From Lama guanicoe (taxonomy: Eukaryota), in NCBI GenBank assembly GCA_013239625.1, contig MU056050.1, positions 1,846,084 to 1,910,083 of the forward strand: a stretch of DNA of 64,000 nt, in the 5' to 3' direction. The notes below the pieces were generated by a model. That model was given only the letters and a program-made list of their open reading frames with translations, was not told the DNA's origin and ran no database searches. Of the stretch, positions 36,572-50,096 are shown one piece after another (within the stretch, counting starts at the first letter, position 1; each line of letters opens with the position of its first letter). The position numbers were made by a program, and so were the translations under genes.

Positions 36572-37010
36572 TGAAATATTTATGGAGGCTGAGAAATCCT
36601 ACAATCTGCAATCAATAAGCTGGAGAGCCAATGTGTAGTTCCAGTCTGGGTCCAAAGGCTTGAGAACCAGGAGAGCCGATGATAAAAGTTCCAGTCTAAA
36701 AGCTGGCAGGCTCAAGGCTCAAGAAAGACCAATGTTTCAGTCTGAGTTCAAAGGCTGGAAAAGACCAATGTCCCAATTCAAGTAGTCAGCCTAAAGGAGT
36801 TCCCTCTTACCCATCCTTTTTGTTGTATTCAGATCTTCAATTAATAGGATGAGGCCTGCCCACACCAGGGAGGGCAGTGTGCTTTATTTAGTCTACCCAT
36901 TGAAATGTTAATCACATCCAAAATCTCACAGAGATACCCAGAATAATGTTTGGCCAGAAGTCTGGGTATCCCATGGCTCAGTCAAACTGACATATAAGTT
37001 AACCATTACT
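36350..37010 (-). mobile_element. MLT2B-like (ERVL) solo LTR containing an expanded (TA)n
   Basis: tatggaggctgagaaatcc...ccaaaggcttgagaaccaggagagccgatg...cccagaataatgtttggcc...agtcaaactgacatataagttaaccatta. Confidence 0.85.
36394..36570. repeat. (TA)n microsatellite spanning an assembly gap (N 36468-36537)
   Basis: Directly visible; 70 N. Confidence 0.95.
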
Positions 37011-38722
37011 CTTCCTGATGGTTTTTCTGCTGGCTGACTTTTAAGGGAGTACTGTGATACTGTCTCTCTCCTTAAAGGTTTTATTTACATGATATGAGTT
37101 GGCTTCATTTATAGCTGGAGTCTGTGGCAGTCTAAATGCATTGGAATATGGAGTATCAGGATGCCCCTCAAACTAAAGATATTCCCCATCTCTAACCTGA
37201 CAGAATTCCTGAAATTTCACCATTAGAGTTATTCTTTCGTGAAAAGGCAATGTGGGTCACATGCACTAAAATGCAAATATCCATATAAGGCAAACACCGT
37301 ATCTCCTTACTCGTATTGTCATAGATTAGTTTGTATAAGTTTTCAGGTGATTTAAAAGAAGTCCCTTTGTAAATGAGAAATGGGAAAAGAAAACTTGAAG
37401 ACAGAAGATATAGGTTCTGAGCACAACTACAATGTGCATGTGTGTGGGAGTGGTTGATGCTGATGCATCTTAGGGGCAACTGTGGGCACTCAGCAACAGG
37501 GAAGAGATACCCAAAACATGGAAATAGCACCCAAAGGACAAGTGGGGAGGAATCAAAGATATATACTATTTTATCATTTTTTTATGAACCTGTTTTCATT
37601 GTATGACTAGGGAGATCAAAAATGACCAAGCAATCCAGTCAATAACATTTTCTTGGTTCATTACTATGGTCTGATGAAAGGTAAAGACTGAAAAAGTTTG
37701 CTCTTCAGGTCTACAGTGGAATCAATCTGGTCACTTATGTGCAAATCACCTCTTCTTTCCTAAACCCAGTCTGCAACTTCCAGCAACTCTGACACTACAT
37801 CCATCTTCTCTCCACTGTCACACATCTCCCCAAGGCTCAGTTGTGTTTGTGAGGCCTGTAAGTTAACATCTTAGTCTTTGTGCATAACAAACAGAAGACT
37901 CCCTATAGTTAACACAGACATAGCCCTATCTTTGGAAAACTCATTCATGATGGAAGGGGCACACAGTGAAACTGTCCAATGCTCCTAAAACCATGGAACA
38001 TAAGGGAAGCAGAAGGAGGTTGTGCCACTGGATATATTTTCTGTTCTCTTAACTAATCATTGTCCGAACACCAGCATTGTATAAGACCCAGAAAATCTTA
38101 CCCAGAAGACCTACCATAACTACAAATTAATTGTTCTTTCTGCCTCTTTACTGGCCAGTTTAAAATGTTTTGCAAGGGGTCAAATGATATTAATTATCTA
38201 CTACAAAGGGGAGAATGGTCCTAAATGAACCAAAAGGTAGAATGCAGCCTAATATATTACACAAAATGAATTCCCAGCAAGCACTAATAGTCTTTCTAAC
38301 TGCAGCAGCAGAGGCTGTGTAGGTAAATACAGCAATTAGTTTGTGCTCAGTGGGAGGGAGCCCTGTGTGCAGAGTGGAAAGTATTTGTATCTTTTTCATT
38401 CAAAAATGATTGAGAAGAAGATAAAAAATTGGGACAGTGAATGAGGACAGAGTGGTCACATTGAGCAATTCTGCAAATGCAGTTCAAAATCATCTTGGAG
38501 ACCGTAGATAGACTATGACAAAATATTGTAGTAGCACCTGTGGGTAACTATTCACCTCCTGAAAGGCAAAAATTAATCAGCAAGATCAAGGTCATACATT
38601 GACAAAATCCTCTGTGCAAGACTCCCTTAGTTGAATAGAGTATCGGTGCCTGATGGACGATTAATTTGAAGACGAGGAAACATCATCATTGTAGGAGCCA
38701 CCTCCTGTTTCCACCGTGCTTT

Positions 38723-39317
38723 TGCTGCTAAGAAAAATGTCCTGATATCCGGGAACAGGTCTGACACTTAGGCTCCAGGGTTGCTAGAACCTAGACTGGT
38801 GCTCATAGATAGGCCATGTTGTTTTCCTGTTGGGCATAAACAATCTCATGGAATGCCAAAAATCAGACGAGGTCACTCTGTGACCACAATAAAGTGAGAA
38901 AGGACTATCACTTTCACCTAAAAATAAACAAAAACATAAATATTTCCCAAACTACAAAATACCAAATACCCTTCTCTCCTGGCTAATATGAGTGACTGCT
39001 ACTTCTTTACCAATTACAGCTTTAGCCTCACTCTAGTCTGCCATCTCTGTAGATAAGATTTATTGGGATACCCAATGACAGAACTGTCCCCACTTTCTGA
39101 CAGCACTCAATCCAGAGAGAACCCTTGCTTCCTTGGACCTTCCCCCAAATCACCTAACTAAAGCCCAAATCCTGTAATAAATCCTTTCTAATGCTCTCTC
39201 ACTGAGACACCCCACGTTTCCCCATGGTTTGTGTTCTCCCTCACTGCAAGGAGTATTAAACCCAACTCATTCAATTACAGGTGTGTTCCTGGTGATCTCT
39301 GGCTGAACAGCACAACA
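38723..39317 (+). mobile_element. ERV1-class solo LTR (MER67/MER31-group-like)
   Basis: TG...CA ends with near-TSD cttt/ctgt; internal catgttgttttcctgttgggcataaacaatctca...ggtcactctgtgacc; 3' caggtgtgttcctggtgatctctggctg. Confidence 0.75.
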
Positions 39318-39724
39318 CTGTCTTTAGAAAGACGTGGGGAGCCTTGGGGGCAAAGGCTGGTAGAGTGGTTAAAGCAACCAACTCTGATCCCCCTATCTTT
39401 TGTTCTCCCTTCATAATTTCCAGATCAGTAAGAATCCACGCAAAATTGAAATGATTACCAAAACTATAATAAATGCTTTGATTATCTTCCCTTGTAGACT
39501 CCCAGCAGATAAGACCTTTTGGCAAACTTTCCACTCATTAGTTTCCAGACTGTAAAGTCAGTGTCCCCTTTCCAGGGAACTTTGGCTACTTCAGCTGTTC
39601 TACTTGTGTCATTATACACAGCAAGCCTATCCCAGTAACAGTGGTTTTAAATTTATGGTTTATCTTCTGTTAAGATAGGCCAAAGAAACTTTCCTCAGGT
39701 TATTTTCTCTAAATCATCCCATTT

Positions 39725-39860
39725 TTATGGAGCTCCCACTATTCACAAAGCACAATTTTAGGTTCTGAAAACACAATGATAAATAAGACAGAGACTTTGT
39801 CTTCATGGAGCTTATATTCTAGTGGGAGAGACAGAAAATCAGCAAGTAAACAAACAATTC
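39725..39860 (-). mobile_element. L2 fragment
   Basis: gataaataagacagagactttgtcttcatggagcttatattctagtgggagagacaga. Confidence 0.7.
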
Positions 39861-40059
39861 AAGTACCACATCCCCATTTTTCTTGACACCCCAGCTCAAT
39901 TCACCTCTCCTTCCTCGCAACTTCTGTATTAATGACTATGTCACAAAGTTTTGTGCTTGATTATTCATTGGCTTCAAACTGTAGAAGGAACAAGATATGT
40001 TTTTTGAGAAATAAGAAGAGAAGATTCCATGATGCATAGCTGCTAATTTTCAGTATCAT

Positions 40060-40335
40060 GTGGAAGAAAGGAAGTATGCCTGTGACGAGTGATCTCAAGG
40101 AAAGGAACTTGGTGGCTACTATCGGAAAGCAGATTTGAACCCTACATAAGCAACTACCTTCTAAAAGTCAGCTGTCTGAATACCAAGTAGATGACCTGCA
40201 GAATTCATGGGATTCCCTATTACTATAAGTATTCAGATACCAAGCAACCTCTTGACTGATATGGTTTAAGAATATTCATGCATCAGAATGTAGGTTGAAT
40301 TAAATGTCCCTTACAGTTCTAGTAATCAATGATCT
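40060..40335 (+). mobile_element. CR1/L3-like 3' fragment
   Basis: ccttctaaaagtcagctgtc...ttccctattactataagtattca...gtaggttgaattaaatgtccctta. Confidence 0.4.
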
Positions 40336-43054
40336 GTGCATTGTTCTCTACTTTATCTATGTACATGAGGCAGCCACCCCACATTACACTGAAGCTAATT
40401 GTGAGCAAGAATCTTACCTTTCTTATTATTTTATTCCTCAGATCCCTACTGTGTATAATACAGTTCTAGCCCTACAATGAGAGCATAGTAATTACTTCCT
40501 CACTTTAATATTCCCACCAGAAGAAGGCCACTGCTAACTGGGTCACTACTCTCTGGGATTTATAGCAGTAGTGAGCAAGATCTGAGTTGAAAACATAGTG
40601 CTGAAGACATTATGCCACACTCGTTTGTATTTTTTTTTAAGATTATACTTTAAGGATCCAGTGTTCCAAGATAATAGGCCATATGTTTTCAATGGACTGT
40701 GTTTTCACAGACTCATTGCCACATTCACACAAGTTGCCAAGCTCTCAAAGTATCCCTATCTTGCCTACCAGCCATAACCCTGAACCTGACAGTGGACGGC
40801 CTTATTGTTCTTTTCTAAACCTCATTTCTCACTATCCTATATTCATATTTTGTCATATCTCCTCCTTACTCCACCAGAATAAATAAAGAGGCAGGCATGG
40901 TAGTTAGATTCATATTTACCCAAAGTGGCAGGGGACTACAGAGGCACTAGGCTAGGTCCCCCTCTGGGCTGAGCAAGCAGGCGAATGTCTATCTACCCAG
41001 CTGATTGATGTAGTGCCCATTAATTAGCATCTTAAGGCTAACACCCGGGAAAAACCATGGCCCATGAACAAAGCTTGTGATTCATGATTCCCTCCTTTTA
41101 ACTTTATTGCTATTACCTCACAAGAGACCAATGTAGTAAGCTCGTTAAGCACTGAAAAGCCATTTGAGGAGGTAGATTGAAGAGTCAGTTACAAAGGGAG
41201 ACCTAAAACTTGCTTGAGAAACAAATTATGATTAACTGAATGCGAACCTGAAGCCAAACACAACAGTGAGGACACAATTAAATGCAGCTGTGTTCTCTAC
41301 CTTCCGCCTCAAAGCACCAGCTACAATCGCTCTCTTTCTCTCTTATTTATTGACCTGTAATAAAATCTTGTTGGATGGGCATAATGGGAATTTGCAGAGT
41401 TGAGGGACTGTATGGTGTCTGGGTATACAGATGGTAATCATCTTTATTTATCTATGACCCTGAAGTCACACCTACCCCAAGATAACTACCAAAGAGACTA
41501 TTAGCTTCTGTTCTGCCTTGAAATCTCAATAGCAGTAGAGAGCGCCTTCCGACACTTGATCAGTCCTCAGAATGATCCTCTAGCAAGGAGTTTTATCTGG
41601 CCTCATATTTTATCAGGGTTGATACTGTCTGGGAATTCAATCCTTGAGTTGAACGAGCCAAGGCGAGGTTTTTCCTGTCTCCAGTTTGGCTTGTTAAGAA
41701 TGACTTTAGCAATTTAATTGAAGTTGGGTAGCTTGGGATATTTTATTAAGCATTATTTTTTTGAATACCGAAGGCTATGTCTACATGTACAAATGAGGCC
41801 AACCAAATTCAGAACAATGACTGGTTGACTTCAGCTAACTGAAGGCAGTGAGTGGAAAGGAGTAAAGGTAATTTTAATAAATGTCAAATATCCAATTTGA
41901 CTGAATTGTTGAACCCACTGAATGCTTGATTCAAGTGACTTATAGGCAAAGCTGATATCTGCATTATTACTTTTTAAGAAAAAAATGCAGAAAGAATAAA
42001 TTGAGGCGATCTTAATATAGCATCAACCACAACAGTGGGCATACTAAAGGCATTCACTAAATTATTGTTGACTGCTTAATCTGCCAGACTATCTCTGCAA
42101 AACAATAGCCTAACCTTTCACAGCCCCTCTAACCCCCACCCCAACAGCTTTTGGGGAGTAGCAGGCATAGTCGTATTTCTAGGGACAGAGCCAAAGTAAG
42201 ATGGTCCTTGGCAGGGGGAGTATTTGTTTTTCTAGAAGCATTTCATTATCTCCACCTGAGTTTAGCATTTCATGATGTTTGTACTTTTTTTGTAAGCCTA
42301 TCTATTAAACTTCATGAAGAAGCAAAAAAAGATTAAGGATTTTCTTTAGAGAAAAAAACCTACAGAAAAAAAATAACAATATTTCAACTTCAGCAGTGTC
42401 ATAATTTACCAGGTCTTTCACAGAATGAAGAAAGGTCAGACTCCTATCCCTAAATCACCCTCATGATAATGGCAGTTTTCGTTCTTCACCACTATTGTAA
42501 GAGCCATCCTAGCCATTCAGAGGTCAATGTTTGCATTATTTAGCACTTGGGTATGATTTAGATGTCTTTTTTCCTAAATCTAGTGCTTTCTTCCAGCTAT
42601 TTCCCCAAACTTTAGATAACATGATTTGGAAGAAAAGAAACTTGGAGTGCATTTCCCTCAGCTGCTTTCATTGCATCTTATATGAAAATAAGGTGAAACT
42701 AGTATTCTGCCTCTGCTCACAGGAGCCATGGTGAATGAATCTCAGATCCACTAAAAACAGAAATTGGAAAAAAAATCCCACCACACTGACTTCTGCATTC
42801 AGAACATATTTAAACAAAAGTAAAAAAAAATGAGATTCAGAAGTATGTGAAAATTGTTTAAAAGCATTTAGAAACAACAGTGTCATCCAATAGCAGTGAA
42901 CCTACACCTACTTTGGGTTAAGTAAATAAACCATATTTAGGATGTCACATATGTATACTATCCACTCCAAGGAAGGAATCTCTCTAAGCTGTTCATGTTT
43001 ATCACATCTCAAGACTAGCCTCAATGAAGAAGCTGAATGAATGACTTCACATGT

Positions 43055-43240
43055 CAGTAGTTCTCAAACTTGTGGATAAATATTACCTGGTAGGTATGTT
43101 AAAATGTAGATTCTCAGGTCTTGCCCTCAAATATTCTGAATCAGCTAATTTGGTAGAGTCTGTTAATTCACATTTTAAATATGGTTCTTCAAGTGAGTTC
43201 AATGTAATTTGTCAGTAGGCCACCCTTTGAGAAACAGTAA
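43055..43240. mobile_element. MER5A-like DNA transposon
   Basis: cagtagttctcaaactt...ttaaaatgtagattctcagg...ttctgaatcag...caccctttgagaaacagt. Confidence 0.7.
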
Positions 43241-44624
43241 ACATAGTGTGTGTAATTATTCTTAAAAGGTCACTGAATTATCACTGATGCCAGAAATTTT
43301 GTCATTTGAAAGTTAAAATGTCAGATCAGATTGTCTTGGAGTAATACAGCAGACATCATGGCAAAGTGTGTAAGATTCTTTCCATTTGACAGAAGATTTG
43401 GGGGAAGGAGCATTGGATGCCTGGAAGGCAAACTTTATAAATCCCCTAATTTGTTGCTTAGATCCTGTCCTATTCTTTCCAATGGACTATATGATCCCCA
43501 AAGACATGGGGTCACGTCTAAGAACATTTTTTCAAAGGCGATCTTTCATTGTGTGTTCACTAGACAGAATGATAACATGTCAGAATTACAGAGGTTCTCA
43601 GGGGCGGTGGAGTCCAACCTAATTCTTTGATCTCTACCCCTACTCTCCACTGGGCTGCTCTTTGGATGACTTTCCCCTCTGTCCAAGAATTCGGTCCCTT
43701 TTTTCTCACTTCAATAATTTCACTCCTTGATCACTGCCTTTGATAACCTCCTTGGCCCTAGCTACTCTCTAGCCCTGGCTTACAGTAGCATGATTTATCT
43801 TCTGTTTGAGAACTTGCTTGATTACTGACCATCTAATTTACCAGTCACTGAACTTAGCCTACTCTGCCTAATCCTCTAGTTGCTCTGGTATGACACAATA
43901 CCAGGTTTTTTCTTGAACACCTTGTAGAAACTCCATAGGGTTTAATTTCCCTCTATGGGTAAATGAGAGAGAGTAAAAGGCCTCAATCCCAATGGAAAAT
44001 AGGGTGCCAGGAGCTAGGAAGGCTATTTGGTTGTCCCTGATTTCTTGATCCTATCTATGGCTCCTGACAGATGGTTTCCTGGCATCCCATTGGTCAGACC
44101 CTTGGGCTGCTGCCTGCAACATTTTGGTCCATGGTTATAAAATCACTGCTGCTTAAGATTCCTACCTTTTCTACAAAGGCCAATAAATTTTGAAGCTCCA
44201 CATTTTCCTTGGATTCTATTTGAATGTTCCTACTCCTTGAAATACTTTCTTCCCTTGGATTCTCTGCGTTTTTGGAAAATGGAGTTTCTCTGATTAAAGC
44301 AGGGGTAGGAGTGAGGGTCCCTGAACCATGCACCCCAAGCCTCCCACTTGCCTTCCCTTACTCATAATGGACTTCTAGTAAAGCAATATAATCACCAAGG
44401 CCTCGAGAAGTCTGGAAAGCACAAGCTATGAGAAAACATGATCTAAGAACAATTCTAGGTGATACGTATATAGTATTTGCATTTTAGATCACTCAGAGGT
44501 AAATTTTGTCACAACAATCAGATGATTATCACTAACCAAAGACTTAGATGTGTTTTATACACACACACCCACAAAATCTGTGCATCAAGTTAGGAAGCTT
44601 CAATTTCCATTAGGAGAAGTGAAT

Positions 44625-44870
44625 AATAATAACAAAGCAGCAACTAACATTTATAGGGCAAAGACTATGTGTCAGGTACCATATTGAGTGCTTTACCTTC
44701 GATGCATCATTTATTGTTCACAGCAACCATGCAACAAAACTATGACTACTCCCATTTTACAGATGATGAAACTGGGCTTGGAGAGGTTAAGCAGTTTGCC
44801 CATCTACATGACAGATTTTCACACAGGCTCACTGACCCTAAAGCCTTTTCTCTTTTCAACACACCACGCA
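44625..44870 (-). mobile_element. MIR SINE
   Basis: ctaacatttatagg...cccattttacagatgatgaaactgggcttggagaggttaagcagtttgccc. Confidence 0.85.
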
Positions 44871-45528
44871 GCACTGAAATCCTGGCTCAGGGGAATGTCT
44901 GAAAGCATTTCAAGCATTTCCTTGAAATTTTGTATTTATCACCAGTAGAGACAATACAGCAGTAAAGCAAAAAGATTTGAAAATAAAAGCTGAGCCAAGT
45001 AGCATTGAGAAACACACTCATAACAAGTAGGGTGTTTCAAAGCAAAGGAGTCCAACGTGCCACAAATCTTCTCAATATTGAACCACTCAAATGCTCTCTC
45101 TAATCAGCAGCAGTGCAGACATTTTGGGTTTCACTTTTGATATGAATGTGAAAACTCTGGGTCTAGTATCTCAACACAGCTGTTCCAAGGCCCCTAGGGA
45201 AGGGCACTGAGAAAGAAGGCAGTGTGGGCATAGTGGAGATTTTGCCAGATGGTTCCTCTCCACATTAGACTCTCCTCAGCATATTTTATTTATTTAACTC
45301 TATCCTGTCCGGTCCCTCACAGAAAATGGTTTTCCTCTAAAGGAAGATTTTCCTCAGATCCTCGTGGGACTTGACATTTTAACAGGCACCATGGTGTGTT
45401 GTAATTTCATAAATAATAGGCCAGCATTTTTATACCCCCGGTCATTTAACAGCTTTCCCAGCAGGATATTTTCTTTCCTGCAGCCGATCCCGTATTTATT
45501 CACATAAGTTCTCAACCTGAGATAGGCA

Positions 45529-45625
45529 TCTCTCTCTCTCTCACTCTCATTCTCTGGCTCTCTCTGGCTCTCTCTGTCTTCCTCTCTACCTCCCTCCTAC
45601 CTCCTTTCTACTTGTTCTCTCTGTT
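45529..45625. repeat. (TC)n/pyrimidine-rich simple repeat
   Basis: Directly visible. Confidence 0.8.
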
Positions 45626-45878
45626 CCTAGGTCTTGGGGAATCTTCTGGTTTCTAACCTTCCAATGACCCGCCTTTCTCTCCTTCCCAGCAGGTCTGTCC
45701 TTCTCTCTGTTCACCTGGTCTGGAAGGTTCCACTTACTTTAACCTTCCCTCACCACAGAAAGCTATGATTTAGTTGCCTGTATGAGTGATTCCTAGCCAT
45801 GTCCACACTTTCCCTCAATATTTAAATGAGTTTCCATGTCAGAGTGTTCCCACTATTCCTTCCCCCAGCTCCATTTTT

Positions 45879-46004
45879 TTTTTGTAGTGGGGAAGTAATT
45901 ATGCTTATTTATTTAGTTAGTTTTTTGATGGAGGTACTGGGGATTGAATCTAGGACCTTGTGCGTGCTAAGCACACGCTCTACCGCTTGAGCTAACCCTC
46001 TCCC
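45879..46004 (-). mobile_element. tRNA-Ala-derived SINE, camelid vic-1 type
   Basis: Minus strand reads gggagagggttagctcaagcggtagagcgtgtgcttagcacgcacaaggtcctagattcaatccccagtacctcc with an A-rich tail; A and B boxes present; TSD agctccattttt / acctccattctt. Confidence 0.85.
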
Positions 46005-47254
46005 ACCTCCATTCTTAAACATAAGTTTCCGAGCCCTCGCTGGAGTGGTTGGATGCCCTTGTGCTAATACTGTACTCTTGTGATTTTTCAAACTACCTGA
46101 AGTTTTGGGGGTTCTCCCAAGTTACTTCAAGGCCACTATGGAGTAAGGGGGAGATTCAGAGTACATGGTTCAGGAACTCTCACCAACAAGAGCTTTAAGA
46201 AGAGTAGCTCCATCTTTTTTTTAACTGAGTTTCATAGAAGATTTCATTTGAAAACAAAGAATCTACTAAAAATATTTGAAATCTCTATATAACTACCCTT
46301 TACCATTAGCCTAGACTTAGTAACTCTTCTATTAATTTATGACTCAATTAATCTACAATGCTGGTGCTGAGACATAACATGCTACACATTACTTTGTAAA
46401 CAAAGTTAGGACATCAGTTCAAAACAGATGGTTTTGCACTTCATGCATTTGATACTGTTGAATTTTGTTTCATTTCTAAAAAAGAAACATGGGTATAGGT
46501 TTGAGAATTCCAATACATGTTGCACCATTAGAAAAAGGGTAAGCTTCAGGTACTTCTATAAGAAATAAAATGAATGCAATAATAACATTAAAGATTTATT
46601 TCTGTAACCAGCTAAGGCACTGAAGTTTGAAATACTGCAGAAAGGAACTGTAAGTGGCAATAGCATCCTTGCCACACCATAATTTAAATCTCCTTTAACA
46701 GGCACAGTTCTTCCTTGAAACCTAGGGAAAAGGAAGATGCTGAAATAGATGCCAATGGAGTCACTAATTTGTTTCATACTAAAGCAAAGTCAGGAGGGAA
46801 ATGGCTTCTGGGAAGAAAATACATGTGGCATTTGGCTGTATGAGACTCAGATAACTAGATCTGACTCCTTAAATACAATATTTTCCTATGAATACTCAAG
46901 AGGAACTTTAGACCTGAGTATCTAAGGTGGATGCCACCCTGAGGGGAGAGGGTTCCACTGAATATACAGATACGGTATTGTGACAGGTGTTAGTGATTTT
47001 GATTCTCCTCTAGGAGAAACCAGTGGAACTGTAGGAATTCATCTAAGTGCAAAAAGCACAATTTCTCTCAGTCTCATTCACAGCAAATATTTTACTTAAC
47101 GTCACTTCAGAGATAACAATTTTATCTATGCTTCATACATAATAGTTATTTGCCTGCACCTTCCCAAGGCCCTCTGAGTTTGTTTTCATAGCCCTGCGGA
47201 GGATGACCCTTCTTCCAAGCACCATCATTGCTTGTACCTAAGATGAAAAATCGA

Positions 47255-47425
47255 CCAAAAACTGTGTTCAACATCTAGCTCTGCCTTCTTACTGTATGAC
47301 TTTGAACAAGCTGAACTTCATTTACCTCATCTATAAAATGATAATAATATATATATCACATCATTATAGTGGAATTTAAATGAGAAAATGTGGGTAAAAT
47401 GCTATACAAATATCAGTTATCATTA
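47255..47425 (+). mobile_element. MIR SINE
   Basis: ctagctctgccttcttactgtatgactttgaacaag...cctcatctataaaatgataataata. Confidence 0.75.
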
Positions 47426-47959
47426 ATTTTATTGCTTTTCTCTAGAGAGAAAAAAATTATTTCATTTCACCAATGTTAGGAAACTGACTTGACTGATATT
47501 TTTCGTTAAATGGATTATTTATGTTTCTGGTTTTTGTTAAACTGAACTGGATGGGATACATGTAGAAATAAGAAATATTTTAAATGGTTCCAGCTATATG
47601 CCTCTCAAATTCAAATGCCTCCAGGACCCTGGTAGAGGACACTGATGTGTGAATTGGGTCAACAAGAATACAATAATGCAATATGGAGTGGCGGGCCCTC
47701 TGCCAAACCACAGAGTATATTCAAATTCAGGATATACATGTATGAGTATACACACACATTCTCTCTCCTTCTCTCTTCTCTCCCATATCAGGGTTAGAGC
47801 TATCTGATTTTCAAGCTCTGCTAAGGAGTCTGAGCAGAAATCAGCTTAACTGTATTACTTTTTCACTTTTATCTTTATATCCCTCAAGGCACACTCCTGC
47901 CTGAAGCCATAAGAATTAAGTGGTACAACAACTACATGCTATTATCTCAGGGAGTTCCT

Positions 47960-49612
47960 TCTAGTTTTACTTCTACCTCATTGGCTGCTTCTTCTCAGTC
48001 TCTTTTGCATGCCCCTCCTCCTCTTGCCAACTTCCAAATGAGGTGCACCACCATTCAGTTCTAAGACCTCTGTCATTTTACACATTCTCTCTGTAGGGGA
48101 TATCATCCAGTTTCCTGGCATTAAATGCTATCTTTATGCTGATGTGGCCCCAATTTATATATCCAGCCTGGACTTATCCCTGAACAACAGACTTATGTAT
48201 TTAACTTCCTATATGACATTGTCTAATTAGCATCTCAAAGTTACTGTGTCCAAAACCAAAATCTTGATTTTTCTCTCTAAACCTGCTTCTCCTACAGCAT
48301 GCCTCATCTCAATTAATGCTTATTTTATTCACCCAGATCCTCAGATTAAAACCCTTACAGTCATCCTTGACTATTCTCTTTCACACCCCATATTCAGAAA
48401 ATATCCAGAATATCCAACCTCCACTGCTGCTACCCAGGTCCAAGTCACCATCGTATCTTCCCTGGGTTATTGCAGCCATCTTCTAACTGCTCTTCCTGCT
48501 TCAGCCCTTGCTCTCATATAGTCCATTCTCCCAAACCCACCTAGGGTGATGCTTTTAAATTTAGATCCATACAAGGGCTGATAAGACCGCACATACCTGA
48601 TCCTTCTTCAACCTCTCTGACTACTTTTCCTATAACTATAGCCCCTGATCATTCTGCTTCAGCCACAATGACCTCTGCAGTAAGTAATCTTTTTTTTAAT
48701 GGCCCTTGATGATCCTTCGTTCCTGCTATTCACACCCTTGTATAATCTACCCTTGAGTGGAGACTGGACTTTGTGACTTGCTTCTAGAAACAGAGTATAA
48801 CAAAAGTGATGGGATGTCACCTCAGAGACCGAGTTACAACAAGAATCTGGATCACATCTTCACTTTCTCTTGCTCTCTCACTTGCTTAATTGGAGGGAAG
48901 CCAGCTGCCACATGGTGAGCTTCTCTATGGAGAGAGCCCTGTGTGAAGTGACTGACCAACAGTCAGCAGAGAACTGAGTGAGATCTTCAACACCCTGCAA
49001 GAACTGAATCCTGCCAGCAGCCATGTGAGTAAGCTACGAAGTCAAGCCTTGAGAGAAATATATCCTAGCTAACATCTTGATTGAAGCCTTGCAAGACAGA
49101 AGTACATACTGAGACTTTTTTTACCTACAGATTCTGTGATGTCATAAATAATTTTTGTCTTAAGCCACTAGGTTTTGGAGTAACATATTACACAACAATA
49201 CATAACTAATACAGCCTCACTGAACATACCAGGGACACTCCTACCTTAGGGCTTTTGTATAACTCTTCTCTCTGCCTCGGACACCCTTTCTCCACAGTTG
49301 CATGGTTCTCTCCCTCCAGCTTTGCTCAAATGTCACCTTCACAGAGTAGCCTTCCCTAACCACCATTTATAAAAAAAAAACAGCAAACACCACCCAGTGC
49401 TTCTGATACCCCCATACCTGTTTTTATTTTTCTATCACTTCCCCCCCATAAAAAATTATATATTTATTAATTGTCTGTCATCCTCCATTAGAATACAAGT
49501 TCTATAGAGAGCTATGATATTATCCGTTTTGCTCATGCTATATCCTTATTACCTAGAACTATCCCTTACACATGGAAGACACTCTATAAATATTTGTTGA
49601 TTGAATGAATGA
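47960..49612 (+). mobile_element. L2 LINE (~1.1 kb, complete 3' end) interrupted by MLT1
   Basis: ctgcttcttctcagtctc...catctcaaag...gtcatccttgac...ctcaaatgtcacctt...ataaatatttgttgattgaatgaatga. Confidence 0.85.
48676..49213 (+). mobile_element. MLT1 (MaLR) solo LTR, MLT1E/F-like
   Basis: TG...CA ends (ataactaataca); 5-bp TSD acctc/gcctc; gtgatgggatgtcac, gaactgaatcctgccagcagccatgtgag. Confidence 0.85.
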
Positions 49613-50096
49613 GTTGCTAGCTGTACAATGCAGAGCCACAGGAGATTTAAAAAATAGTGTTTGGGGTGAGGCTTGAATCAAGAACCAAACAGATAGGTCA
49701 ACTGAAGTATAAGTATCGGAGGCATGGGAAGAGGACTGCAAAGATGCAAAAGTCCAGAAACACCAGGAAAACACAATAGAATTCTATTAGGAGAGTAGAA
49801 GGTAGAACCTGAAGCAGTATCTTGGAACTGGGGTGGTAAATGTGAAAGTAGTTAGAAATGGTCGTACTAGGACAAATTCTGAACCAAAAGCAGACAGAAT
49901 TTGGTGATGAATTAAATGTTGCAGTGTGAGGGAAAGAGAAGACTTATGTATGACTCTAAGCCTTTTGACTTGAACAACTAATAAACAGTTGTGTTGCCTT
50001 TTACAGAGTTAGGTAACATTGTGGAAGGAGAAGTTTTGTGAGCTGTGAGGCATTAGAAAATCAATTCCTGTTTGGATATGTTAAGTTTGAGGTATT

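Noticed and set aside
36354..36618. YI-repeat ORFs
   Set aside because: Translation of (TA)n across an N gap.
45930..46004. tRNA-Ala gene
   Set aside because: Has an A-rich SINE tail and TSDs and an imperfect cloverleaf; it is a SINE.
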